DNA of 64,000 nt from an uncultured Acidobacteriota bacterium. GTDB taxonomy: Bacteria; Acidobacteriota; Thermoanaerobaculia; Multivoradales; SZUA-115. The stretch is taken from contig CAWDVR010000003.1 in the NCBI GenBank assembly GCA_963805975.1, forward strand, positions 800,001 through 864,000, in the 5' to 3' direction. Below, piece after piece: positions 19,177 through 27,738 of this stretch. The stretch's first letter is position 1, and every line of letters starts with the position of its first letter. The notes beneath the pieces are model-generated. The model did not search any database, had not been told where the DNA came from, and saw only the letters and a program-made list of their open reading frames with translations. A program made the translations under genes and the position numbers.

Positions 19177-20799
19177 GTGAGCTGGAAGCCCCCGGTCTAC
19201 CCTCCGCGCGCCCTGGTCTCCCCCCTGCGCGCGCTGGTCCGGCGGCTGCGCCGCGCCACGGCCTCGATCTCGATCCGCCTGGCGGCCTTCAACCTGCTGC
19301 TGGTGTTCCTGCCTGCCGCCGGCTTCCTCTATCTCGACACCTACGAGGAGCGGCTGCTGGCGGCACAGGAGCGCTCGATGGTGCAGCAGGGCAGAATCCT
19401 GGCTGCGGCGCTCTCCGGCCGCGCGGCGCTCGACTCCATCGAAGCCGCGCGCGTGCTGGTCGAGCTCGGCCAGCGCACCACCTCGCGGCTGCGGGTCTTC
19501 GACGCCGGCGGCACGGTGATCGCCGACTCGAGCCTCCTCGGGCCGCGGCGCGAGCCGGACGAGGAGCCGAGCGATGCGCCGACCGTGCGTGCCAACTGGC
19601 TCTACCGGGTGGGGGCGGGGGTCTTCGTGCTCGCCAACCGCCTGCTGGGGCGGGACGATCCGGAGGCGGAGCGCAGCCTGGACGCAGTACCCGCGTCACC
19701 GCCGGCAGACTACGGAGTGGAGGCGGCGCTCGCCGGACGCTACGGCGCCGTCACCCGCAAGTCCCCGGGCCAGCGCTCGGTGACGCTCTACAGCGCCATT
19801 CCGATCGCGAGCGGCGAGCAGGTGGTGGGCGCGGTGCAGGTCTCGCAGTCCACGCTCCGCCTGCTGCGCGACCTCTACGAAGTGCGCCTCGCCGTCTTCC
19901 AGGCCTTCCTGGTCTCGGTGCTGGTGGCGATCGTGCTCTCGGTCTTCGTCTCCGGCACCATCGCCCGGCCGCTCAAGCGGCTGCGGCGCGAGGCGAGCGA
20001 GCTGCTCGACCGGCGCGGGCGCCTCAAGGGCCGCTTCACCGGCTCGAAGCGGCTCGACGAGATCGGCGACCTGGCGCGCACGCTGGCCGAGCTCTCGCGC
20101 CGGCTGGGCGAGCATCTCTCGTTCACCGAGTCCTTCGCCGCCGACGTCTCGCACGAGTTCAAGAACCCGCTGGCTTCGATCCGCACCGCTACCGAGATGC
20201 TCTCCGAGAGCGAGTCGCCGGAGGACCGGCGGCGGTTCCAGTTGATGGTCGAAGCCGAGGTGGCGCGGCTCCAGAAGCTCCTCTCGACGGTGCGCGAGAT
20301 CACCCAGATCGACTCGCAGATCGACGCCGAGGCGCCGGTGGGAGTGGCCCTGCCGCGGCTGCTCACCGATCTCGTGGACAGCTTCCGCCTGCGGGCGGGC
20401 AAGCGCAGCGTGCGCTTCCTGCTCGACACGCCGCCCGACCCGCTCACCGTGCTCGGCTCGCCCGACCGCCTGGCCCAGGCCTTCGAGAACGTGCTCGACA
20501 ACGCCTTCTCCTTCGCGTCCGAGGGCTCGATCGTGTGGGTGAGCCTGGGCCAGGAGACCGGCGAGGCCGTGCTCCGCGTCGCGGACCAGGGGCCGGGCAT
20601 CCCGCCCGAGCACCTGGCGCGGATCTTCGACCGCTTCTTCAGCTACCGGCCCCACGACTTGGTGGCCCGCCGCGACCACGCCGGCCTGGGCCTCGCCATC
20701 GTCAAGGCGATCGTCGAGGGCTACGGCGGCACCGTCACCGCCGCCAACGGCACCGCCGGCGGCGCCGTGATCACCATCCGCCTGCCGCTGGCGGGGTAG
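19177..20799 (+). CDS. Sensor histidine kinase (ChvG/CreC-like)
   Basis: Two TM segments, HAMP (DEIGDL), H-box HEFKNPL, ENVLDNA, DQGPGI, GLGL. Confidence 0.93.
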   Translation: MSWKPPVYPPRALVSPLRALVRRLRRATASISIRLAAFNLLLVFLPAAGFLYLDTYEERLLAAQERSMVQQGRILAAALSGRAALDSIEAARVLVELGQRTTSRLRVFDAGGTVIADSSLLGPRREPDEEPSDAPTVRANWLYRVGAGVFVLANRLLGRDDPEAERSLDAVPASPPADYGVEAALAGRYGAVTRKSPGQRSVTLYSAIPIASGEQVVGAVQVSQSTLRLLRDLYEVRLAVFQAFLVSVLVAIVLSVFVSGTIARPLKRLRREASELLDRRGRLKGRFTGSKRLDEIGDLARTLAELSRRLGEHLSFTESFAADVSHEFKNPLASIRTATEMLSESESPEDRRRFQLMVEAEVARLQKLLSTVREITQIDSQIDAEAPVGVALPRLLTDLVDSFRLRAGKRSVRFLLDTPPDPLTVLGSPDRLAQAFENVLDNAFSFASEGSIVWVSLGQETGEAVLRVADQGPGIPPEHLARIFDRFFSYRPHDLVARRDHAGLGLAIVKAIVEGYGGTVTAANGTAGGAVITIRLPLAG

Positions 20800-20825
20800 G
20801 GTGCGGGCGGCACTGCTGATCCACC

Positions 20826-21614
20826 ATGGAGCCCTGCATGAGCACATCCAGAGCGCACCGATCTCGTGTCTGCATCGCGATGGTCCTCGCCATCGTGTCC
20901 CTGACCCTCTCTCCAGCCAGCAGGGCCGCTAGCAAGAAGAAAGAACGACTCAGTGCCCGGGTGAGCGAGTCGGTGCAGGATCACCTGCAGCGCATCGAAG
21001 CGCACCTCGCCGAGGAGGAGTGGCCGGACGCGCTGAGCAGCAGCAAAGTCCTGCTGCGGGACTTCTCCGCCAAGGTCACGGGCGGCGAAGCTGCCGGGCC
21101 CCTGCTCGGCATGGCGCTGCTCTTGCGAGCGGTCGCCGAGTCCGGGCTCGGACGGACCGAGGCCGCGTTGTGGGATTGGCACTCTGCCGTAACCCTGTTC
21201 CCGGGGTTGCTCACCGCGGACCTGGCGAAGTACGGAGCCGCCGGGAAGCTGCTCGAAGAGAACAAGCCCATCCCCCGGGATCCATCGCCAATCCCGGGCG
21301 TGGAGACGCCGGCAGGGTCCTCATACCCGGACGAGGTCACTCCCCCGAAAATGCTCCACGCCAGACCGCCGGCCTACCCGAAGGGCCTGCTGCTTTCGTG
21401 CGGCGAAGGCCGGGTGGTGATCGGAAGCGTGATCGATGAGCAGGGACGGCCTACGAAGCCCGTGATCCTGGAAGCGCCGGGTGGTCCGGTAGCTGCCTAC
21501 GCCGCTCTCGAAGCCCTACAAGGTTGGCGCTTCAGGCCGGCCAGCCTCGCAGGAAAGCCAGTGGCCGTCTACTACACGCTGACCGTGAGCTTCTCGATAC
21601 CCGATTGCGGGTAG
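20826..21614 (+). CDS. TonB C-terminal domain protein with helical N-terminal region
   Basis: Signal/anchor, PPAYP..GRV..VIDEQG..AALEALQGWRFRPA..GKPV; start may be 20838. Confidence 0.8.
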   Translation: MEPCMSTSRAHRSRVCIAMVLAIVSLTLSPASRAASKKKERLSARVSESVQDHLQRIEAHLAEEEWPDALSSSKVLLRDFSAKVTGGEAAGPLLGMALLLRAVAESGLGRTEAALWDWHSAVTLFPGLLTADLAKYGAAGKLLEENKPIPRDPSPIPGVETPAGSSYPDEVTPPKMLHARPPAYPKGLLLSCGEGRVVIGSVIDEQGRPTKPVILEAPGGPVAAYAALEALQGWRFRPASLAGKPVAVYYTLTVSFSIPDCG

Positions 21615-21836
21615 GAGATCGCCACGGACCTGCGCACTGACGCTGGGCGAGTCGCTTTCCGCCCGACCGGTGGCGGCTTCGATGGCCTATTGCGAGGCGG
21701 CCTCGTGGCGGCGCACTCTGCGCACCAGCGCCGGCTCAGCTGCGATAGAGTGGCAGGCGCATCCAGCAGAGGAATGAATGCGGGAAGGGTCATGACAGGC
21801 CCTTCCCATTCCCAGGGAAGGATCAGGAGGAAGACT

Positions 21837-22250
21837 ATGCGCAAGGCAATCGTCGTTTTCGCCCTCGCCCTCGCCGTGCTCGGCGTTTCGATGGCGCGCG
21901 CCCAGGGCCCCACCACCCAGCCCGGGCTGTTCTTCACCATCGTGAACCAGTGCCCGTCGCCGGTCCGGGGCTTCGCCGTGGGCGACACGCTGTGCCTGCT
22001 CAAGATCAACACGGCGACTTTCACCCGGGCGATCTTCCAGGGCGACATGGTGGCCGGCGAGAAGAAGTCCGCCATGGCCTGCACGGGCGCCGACGGCCAG
22101 GCCGTGGTGCTGTTCGTACCCTCGGTCTCGATGCCGGTGCAGGCGGTCAAGGTGAACGTCAAGCCCGGTCAGGCAGTGCCCATCCCCAGCACTTTCTGTG
22201 GCAAGGCGGTGGGCGACGAGGCTCCGGGCAGCCAGTTCAAGACTGAATAG
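21837..22250 (+). CDS. Small secreted hypothetical protein (4 Cys, beta-rich)
   Basis: RBS AGGAGG; signal peptide MRKAIVVFALALAVLGVSMARA; GC3-biased codons. Confidence 0.72.
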   Translation: MRKAIVVFALALAVLGVSMARAQGPTTQPGLFFTIVNQCPSPVRGFAVGDTLCLLKINTATFTRAIFQGDMVAGEKKSAMACTGADGQAVVLFVPSVSMPVQAVKVNVKPGQAVPIPSTFCGKAVGDEAPGSQFKTE

Positions 22251-23646
22251 CGGGTGCCTCCCGGAACTCGAGCCGGCGCCAGTCGAGGCGCCGGGTGAGG
22301 AACATCACCAGGCCGAGGATCGCGAAGAGGCCGATCGCGCCCATCAGCAGCGCGTAGTCCTCGGCCTGGAGCAGCAGGTAGAGGTAGCCGTAGAGTGTCG
22401 CCAGGCAGGCGAGAAGCAGCCCGGCCCAGCTGGCGCTGCGCAGCAGGCTCTTCGCGTAGCCGGCGATCAATCCTGAGCAGCCTGCCGCGGCCAGCGCGTA
22501 GGCCAGGCCGAAGCCCAGGTGCTCCGAGAGCGCGAGCAGCAGCAGGTAGAAGAGCACCAGCGCGAAGCCCACCAGCAGGTAGTGCATGGCGTAGAGACGC
22601 ACCGGGCTCACCAGCTCGATCAGGAAGAAGGTGAGTGTGGTGAGGAGTATGAAGAGCAGCGCGTACTTCACCGAGCGCTCGGTCTTCTGGTAGTCGTCCG
22701 CCGGCAGAAAGAGGCTCACCCCGAACGACGCGGCGCTGAGCTGGAAGGAGTTCACCTGCTCCCCGGCCCACTGCTGTGGCACCCCGCGGGCGAGGAAAGG
22801 AATCTTCCAGGTGGCCTCGAAGCCTTGCTCGGTGATCCGGTGCGAAGCCGGCAGGAAGGCGCCGCCGAAGCTGGGGGAGGCCCACGGCGAGGTCAGCGCG
22901 ACGCTCGTCTCCTCGCCGGCGGGGAAGAAGTGCAGGTCCCCCGAGCCGCGCAGCACCAGCTCGAAGGAGAACGGGACGAGGCCCTCGGCCCCGGCGCCCG
23001 CTAAGGCCGTGGGGGCGAGCGCGAGCGGCGCGTGCAGGCCGACCGGCAGGAGCTGGGTCTGCGTGGTGCCCGGCAGGAAGGGGTGGGGCTTCCCGGCCCA
23101 GGAGAGGACGGCGCGTTCCTGCAACCCTCGCACCTCGCTCAAGCCCACCACCAGCCGCGCCTGGTTCCACAGCACCTCGTCGTCCGGCTTGATCCCCAGG
23201 GCCGCGAGATCCGGCGCCGCGAACGTGCCTTCGACCGTGAGCCGTGTCTGGTACACCACCGCCTCGAAGATGCCGCGCTTCCTGATCTCGGGCTCGATCG
23301 TGCCTCGCCAGGCGATGGTCCGCGGCAGGAAGTAGCCGGTCCACGGCACGATCACCGGCTCGGGCAGCTCGCGACGGTCCTTGGCGGCGGCCTTCAGATC
23401 CTCCTCCGTGGGCTTGATGACCTCGCGGTAGGGAAGGACGAGGATCGGCCCGGTGAGAGCCTGCGCTCCTCCCCACACGCCGGCTACCTCGTCGGCCACT
23501 TCCGTTTTGCGCTGCGCGCGTTCGCGAATTAGGCCGGTGACCTGGGCCACCGGGATCAGCAGGGCCAGCACCACCAGCCCCAGCACCGCCAGCTTGATCG
23601 GCGTCGACTCGGTCCAGCGGCGGGGGACTTCGTGTGGAGTTTCCAT
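22237..23646 (-). CDS. creD: Cell envelope integrity inner membrane protein CreD
   Basis: W.SPSF.GAFLP, DYQKTERSVKYALLF, HYLLVG.ALVLFYLLLLALSEH, EDYALL.G, TRRLDW. Confidence 0.94.
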   Translation of the reverse strand: METPHEVPRRWTESTPIKLAVLGLVVLALLIPVAQVTGLIRERAQRKTEVADEVAGVWGGAQALTGPILVLPYREVIKPTEEDLKAAAKDRRELPEPVIVPWTGYFLPRTIAWRGTIEPEIRKRGIFEAVVYQTRLTVEGTFAAPDLAALGIKPDDEVLWNQARLVVGLSEVRGLQERAVLSWAGKPHPFLPGTTQTQLLPVGLHAPLALAPTALAGAGAEGLVPFSFELVLRGSGDLHFFPAGEETSVALTSPWASPSFGGAFLPASHRITEQGFEATWKIPFLARGVPQQWAGEQVNSFQLSAASFGVSLFLPADDYQKTERSVKYALLFILLTTLTFFLIELVSPVRLYAMHYLLVGFALVLFYLLLLALSEHLGFGLAYALAAAGCSGLIAGYAKSLLRSASWAGLLLACLATLYGYLYLLLQAEDYALLMGAIGLFAILGLVMFLTRRLDWRRLEFREAPAIQS

Positions 23647-23720
23647 GTCATTCCTCCTGGGAAGGGATCTCGATGGCGAGATTCCAAGCCGCTGCCGTGG
23701 CACGGATGCGGCGAGGATGA

Positions 23721-23755
23721 GGAAAGGTCGGGGAGGAATGTGGCCGCGGCGTGGC
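23721..23755 (-). promoter_or_regulatory. Second copy of the candidate regulator site, upstream of creD
   Basis: + strand GGAAAGGT-N8-AATGTGGC-N4-GCGTGGC. Confidence 0.7.
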
Positions 23756-23837
23756 CCGAAGACGAGCCGGGCGCCGGGCTCGGGGCGTACGAGGCTCGAG
23801 CGACTACAATTCCTCCCATGCCCTCCGAGCTGCCGCC

Positions 23838-25010
23838 GTGAGGGTTCTCCTCACCAACCACACTCTCGCCCACCGCGCGGGGAGCGAGCTCTGCGTGCGC
23901 GACCTGGCGCTGGCGCTCCTGGCGCGGGGGCATCAGCCGATCGCCTACAGCCGCCGCCTGGGCGCGGTGGGCGAGGAGCTGCGGCGGGCCACGGTGCCGG
24001 TGCTCGACGACCTGGGCCGCCTGCAGACGCCGCCGGACCTGATCCACGGTCAGAACCACCTCGAGACCATGACCGCGCTCGCCCGTTTCCCCGGAGTGCC
24101 GGCGATCCACGTTTGCCATGGCTGGCTGCCGCCCGAGGAAGCGCCGCCGCGGCACCCGCGGATCTATCGCCACGTGGTGGTGGACGAGCTGGGCCGGCAA
24201 CGGCTGGTGGAGGAGTGCGCGGTCCCGCCCGAGCGCGTGGTGACGATCCGCAACTGGGTGGACCTCGACCGCTTTCGCCCGCGCGAGCGGCCCCTGCCGC
24301 CGGCCCCGCAGCGGATCCTGCTGTTCAGCAACCTGATGGACGAATCCACGGGCGCGGGCGCGGTTCGCGAAGCCTGTCGAGCGGCCGGCCTGCCGCTCGA
24401 CAGGCTCGGTCTTGCGGCCGGCCGGCCCTGCGAGCGGCCCGAGGAGGTGCTCGGCGAGTACGACGTGGTGCTGGCCAAGGGGCGTGCCGCGCTCGAGGCC
24501 GCGGCCGTGGGGTGCGCCGTGATCCTCTGCGACACGGTGGGGCTGGGGCCGATGGTGACCGCTGCCGAGCTGCCGCACCTGCGCGCCTTCAACTTCGGCG
24601 TGCGGGTGCTCTCCGCGCCGATCACCGCCGCCGGCATCGCCCGCGAGCTGGCGCGCTACGAGCCCGCGGACGCGGCACAGGTCTCGCGGCAGGTGCGTGC
24701 CGAGGCCGGCCTGTCGGCGGCGGTCGATCAGTACCTGGCGCTCTACGCCGAGGTGCTCGCCGAGCATCACGCACGACCGCTGCCGGACCCCGAGGAAGAG
24801 GGCCGCGCCGTGGCCGCCTACCTGCGCCATGGCCCGCTCTCGGCCGGCGATTTCTTCCAGGCCGAGCGCGAGCGCCTGCTGGCCGAGGCCGCGAGGCTGC
24901 GCGCCGAGATCGGGTGGATGCAGGCGACCGCCGCTTGGCGCTGGCGCGAGCGGCTGGTGGGCCGGCGCTGGCTCCGGAGCCTCTACCGCGCCGTTTTCCG
25001 ACGGCAGTAG
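23838..25010 (+). CDS. Glycosyltransferase (GT-B fold, family 4-like)
   Basis: VLLTNH..GSEL..LA.AL..RGH, PDLIHG, IRNWVDLDRF, ALEAAAVGCAVI. Confidence 0.82.
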   Translation: MRVLLTNHTLAHRAGSELCVRDLALALLARGHQPIAYSRRLGAVGEELRRATVPVLDDLGRLQTPPDLIHGQNHLETMTALARFPGVPAIHVCHGWLPPEEAPPRHPRIYRHVVVDELGRQRLVEECAVPPERVVTIRNWVDLDRFRPRERPLPPAPQRILLFSNLMDESTGAGAVREACRAAGLPLDRLGLAAGRPCERPEEVLGEYDVVLAKGRAALEAAAVGCAVILCDTVGLGPMVTAAELPHLRAFNFGVRVLSAPITAAGIARELARYEPADAAQVSRQVRAEAGLSAAVDQYLALYAEVLAEHHARPLPDPEEEGRAVAAYLRHGPLSAGDFFQAERERLLAEAARLRAEIGWMQATAAWRWRERLVGRRWLRSLYRAVFRRQ

Positions 25011-25041
25011 CATCCGCCTGAGCCGTGCTACTCTGCCGCCG

Positions 25042-25305
25042 ATGCGCCGTCCGACCGCTTACGTCCTCCTTGCGCTGATTGCCGTGCTCCTCGCCGGCGC
25101 CGCGTGGGACGACTGTGAGGCCGACGAGGGTGGCTGCCCGCCGGGCTGCCATCTCGCCTGCGCCGACGGCTGCGGCGTCGCGCCCTCGCTCGAGCTGCCG
25201 GCGCCGCGCGTGACGCTGGTGCCGCTCGAAGCCGTCGGTCTCTCGGCCGACCTGCTCCCCGCCTCGTCCGCTCCCCGCCCCGAGATCGGCCCTCCGCGAG
25301 CCTAG
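25042..25305 (+). CDS. Small Cys-rich leader protein upstream of the metal efflux operon (DUF2946-like)
   Basis: Signal-like N-terminus, CPPGCHLACADGC, C-terminal EIGPPRA; extended -10 TGcTACTCT 7 nt before the ATG. Confidence 0.68.
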   Translation: MRRPTAYVLLALIAVLLAGAAWDDCEADEGGCPPGCHLACADGCGVAPSLELPAPRVTLVPLEAVGLSADLLPASSAPRPEIGPPRA

Positions 25306-25367
25306 AGAAGCGTCGTTCCGCCGACCGGCAGGTGCCGGCCGGCAACGCTTTTCTAGGCTTCAGGAGG
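25291..25367 (+). promoter_or_regulatory. Stem-loop that can sequester the Shine-Dalgarno of the TolC-family gene
   Basis: CCTCC(25291-95)/GGAGG(25363-67); AGCCTAGAGAAGCGT(25299-313)/ACGCTTTTCTAGGCT(25345-59); inner stem 25320-25343. Confidence 0.68.
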
Positions 25368-25372
25368 AGTGA

Positions 25373-26578
25373 ATGCACGCCCTTGCAGTGCTGGCGCTCG
25401 TCGTTGCGCTGGCGGCGGAGCTGCCGCCGGCCGTGACACTTTCCGATCTTCTGGCTCGCGCCCGGCCCTCGCCCGAGCTGTTGCAGGCCGAGGCGCGCAT
25501 CGCCGAGCTGGAGCGCGCGCTCGCCGAGACCGCCGGGCGGCTGCGCGAGGGGCCGACGGTCGCCTTGGCGGCCGGCCCGCGCCGCGCCGAGGGCTCGACC
25601 GAGCCGGACCTCGGCCTCGATCTCGAGCTGCCGCTCTTTTCCGGCGGCGGCACGAGGGAGAGGCTCGCGAGCCTGCTCCAGGCATCCTCCGCGGCCTGGC
25701 GGGCGGAGGCTCGGGCCCTCGCCGAGGCGCGCCTGCGATCGGCGTACCTCGCCGCGTGGGCTGCCGAGCGACGCCTTGCCCTGCGCCGCGACGAGCTGGC
25801 CACCGCGGAGCGCCTGCTCGGTGTGGCGCGGCGGCGGGTGGAGGCCGGCGCGGAGCCGCCCTACCAGTCCGTGCTCGCCGCGGCGGATCACGCCGTGGCC
25901 GGGATGGCGGTGGCCGAAGCCGAGGGCGAGCGCGCCCGTGCCTGGGCCGAGATCGCGGTGCTGGCGGAGCCGGGTACGGAAGGAGCGTTGGCCGACCCGG
26001 AACCGGACCGAGACGGGGCGAGGCCAGTGCCTTCGGACTCTGCAGGGCTCGATGCGACGGGGCTCCGCGAGCGGCTCGCGGCCGGCGCGCTCCGTGCCGC
26101 TGCCGTGGCGCGCGGGGAAGTGGCCGAAGCGCTGGCCCGCCTCGGCGCCGCCCGCGACGACTCGCGATGGAGCCTCGCCTCCGGCGTGGCACGCGAGGCG
26201 GACGAGCGCGTGGCGCGGGTCGGCGTCGCCTACCGCTTCGCGCGGCGCGGAGAGCGCGAGGCTCTCGTCCGCGCCACCGAGGCGGCGGCCCACGCCGCGC
26301 GCCGGGAGGCCGAGGTGGAGTCCGCCGGTCTCGCCGCCAGGCTCGACGCGGCCCTCGGCCGGCGCCGCGCCCTCGCGGCGTCACCGGCTCCGGTCGCGAC
26401 CGAGCCGGCGCTCGCCGCGCTCGAGCTGCGCCTCACCGAAGGCAAGTCCTCGCTCTCCGAAGTGCTGCTCCTCCGGCGCCAGCTCGTGGCCGCACGCGAG
26501 GCCACGCTCGACCGCCGCCTCGCGCTCCATCAGGTGGACGCCGAGATCCTTCTCCTGACTGCCGAGGTGACGCCATGA
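25373..26578 (+). CDS. TolC/CzcC-like outer membrane efflux protein
   Basis: Ala-rich coiled coils, LELPLF, ARRRVEAG, EGKSSLSEVL; first gene of an RND operon. Confidence 0.8.
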   Translation: MHALAVLALVVALAAELPPAVTLSDLLARARPSPELLQAEARIAELERALAETAGRLREGPTVALAAGPRRAEGSTEPDLGLDLELPLFSGGGTRERLASLLQASSAAWRAEARALAEARLRSAYLAAWAAERRLALRRDELATAERLLGVARRRVEAGAEPPYQSVLAAADHAVAGMAVAEAEGERARAWAEIAVLAEPGTEGALADPEPDRDGARPVPSDSAGLDATGLRERLAAGALRAAAVARGEVAEALARLGAARDDSRWSLASGVAREADERVARVGVAYRFARRGEREALVRATEAAAHAARREAEVESAGLAARLDAALGRRRALAASPAPVATEPALAALELRLTEGKSSLSEVLLLRRQLVAAREATLDRRLALHQVDAEILLLTAEVTP

Positions 26579-27738
26579 GGTTCTGCCGCGCTCTGCTCCC
26601 CTGGTTCTCGATCGTCGTCCTCGCCGCGGCCTGCGGCCGTGGGGCCTCCGATCCTGCGGAAGACGAGCACGCAGCGGCCGCCCACGAGCACGAGGAATCG
26701 GGCCACCAGGACTCACCCGGCGAGCACGGGACGCCGGGCCGGCTGCCCCTCGCCGGCGTGCGCGGCGTCTCGTTCGAGACCGTGGGCCAGCCGCAGCAGG
26801 AGTGGGTGTGGTACGCGGCCGAAGCGCTCGCCGAGGAAGGGGCCGTGGCCTCGCTCGCGGCGCCGGTGTCCGGCGTGATCGTCGCCCTGCACGCCTCCCC
26901 CGGCGAGCGGGTGGCGGCCGGCGCGCCGATCGTCGCCCTGCGCAGCCCGGAGGTCGCCGACCTCAAGGCCGTCTGGCTTTCGGCAGAGGCGCGCCGCGTG
27001 CGGGCCGAGAAGGAGGTCGAGCGGGAGAGGCGCCTCTACGCGGGACAGGCAACGTCCCAGCGCGACCTGGAGTCCGCCGAGGCCGATGCCGCGGTGGCGG
27101 CGGCCGACGAGGAGGCGGCGCGCCTGGCGCTCTCCGCGCGCGGGCTGTCGGTCCGGGAGGCCGGGGCGAGTGTCACCGTGCGCGCGCTGCGCGCCGGCAC
27201 CGTCGCCGCCCTGCCGGTGCGGCTCGGCCAGAACGTGGCGGCCGGCGAAGCGCTCGGAGAGCTGCTCACCGGGGCGGCGCGCCTGGCGCGGGTCGAGCTG
27301 CCGCTCCCGGCTCCCGAGGCGTGGGAAGCGGGAGCCGCCAGCGAGGTGCGGCGCTCGGACGGGCGCCGCTGGCCGGCCCGCGTGGAAGGCGTGCCGGCCG
27401 CGCTGACCAGCGACACCCGGCGCCTGGCCTACCGCCTGCGCCTGGAAGGTGACGACCTCCCGGTGCCCGGCACGCCGCTCGAGGCGCGCGTGCCGCTGGC
27501 GCGAGGGCTGGTGCTGCCGCAGACCGCCTTGCAGCAGATCGAAGGCGCCTGGGGCGTCTTCGTGCGCGACGGCGAAGAGGCCTCCTTCCGGCCGGTGCAG
27601 AAGGGAGCGGAGCTCGGCGGCGACGTGCTGGTGCTCGCGGGTTTGGAGCCTGGCGAGACCGTGGCCACGGACGGCGCCTACCTGCTCAAGGCCCTGCACC
27701 TGAAGCTCGCGGGCGGAGGGGGCGGCCATGACCACTGA
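26575..27738 (+). CDS. RND efflux periplasmic adaptor (CzcB/CusB-like lipoprotein)
   Basis: Lipobox LAAAC, His-rich N-terminus, lipoyl-like APVSG..GERV, GLEPGETVATDGAYLLK, terminal HDH. Confidence 0.9.
   Translation: MRFCRALLPWFSIVVLAAACGRGASDPAEDEHAAAAHEHEESGHQDSPGEHGTPGRLPLAGVRGVSFETVGQPQQEWVWYAAEALAEEGAVASLAAPVSGVIVALHASPGERVAAGAPIVALRSPEVADLKAVWLSAEARRVRAEKEVERERRLYAGQATSQRDLESAEADAAVAAADEEAARLALSARGLSVREAGASVTVRALRAGTVAALPVRLGQNVAAGEALGELLTGAARLARVELPLPAPEAWEAGAASEVRRSDGRRWPARVEGVPAALTSDTRRLAYRLRLEGDDLPVPGTPLEARVPLARGLVLPQTALQQIEGAWGVFVRDGEEASFRPVQKGAELGGDVLVLAGLEPGETVATDGAYLLKALHLKLAGGGGGHDH

Noticed and set aside
25369-27738. Apparent 789-aa adaptor protein
   Set aside because: The first 402 codons are an off-frame reading of the TolC gene; the lipoprotein starts at 26575
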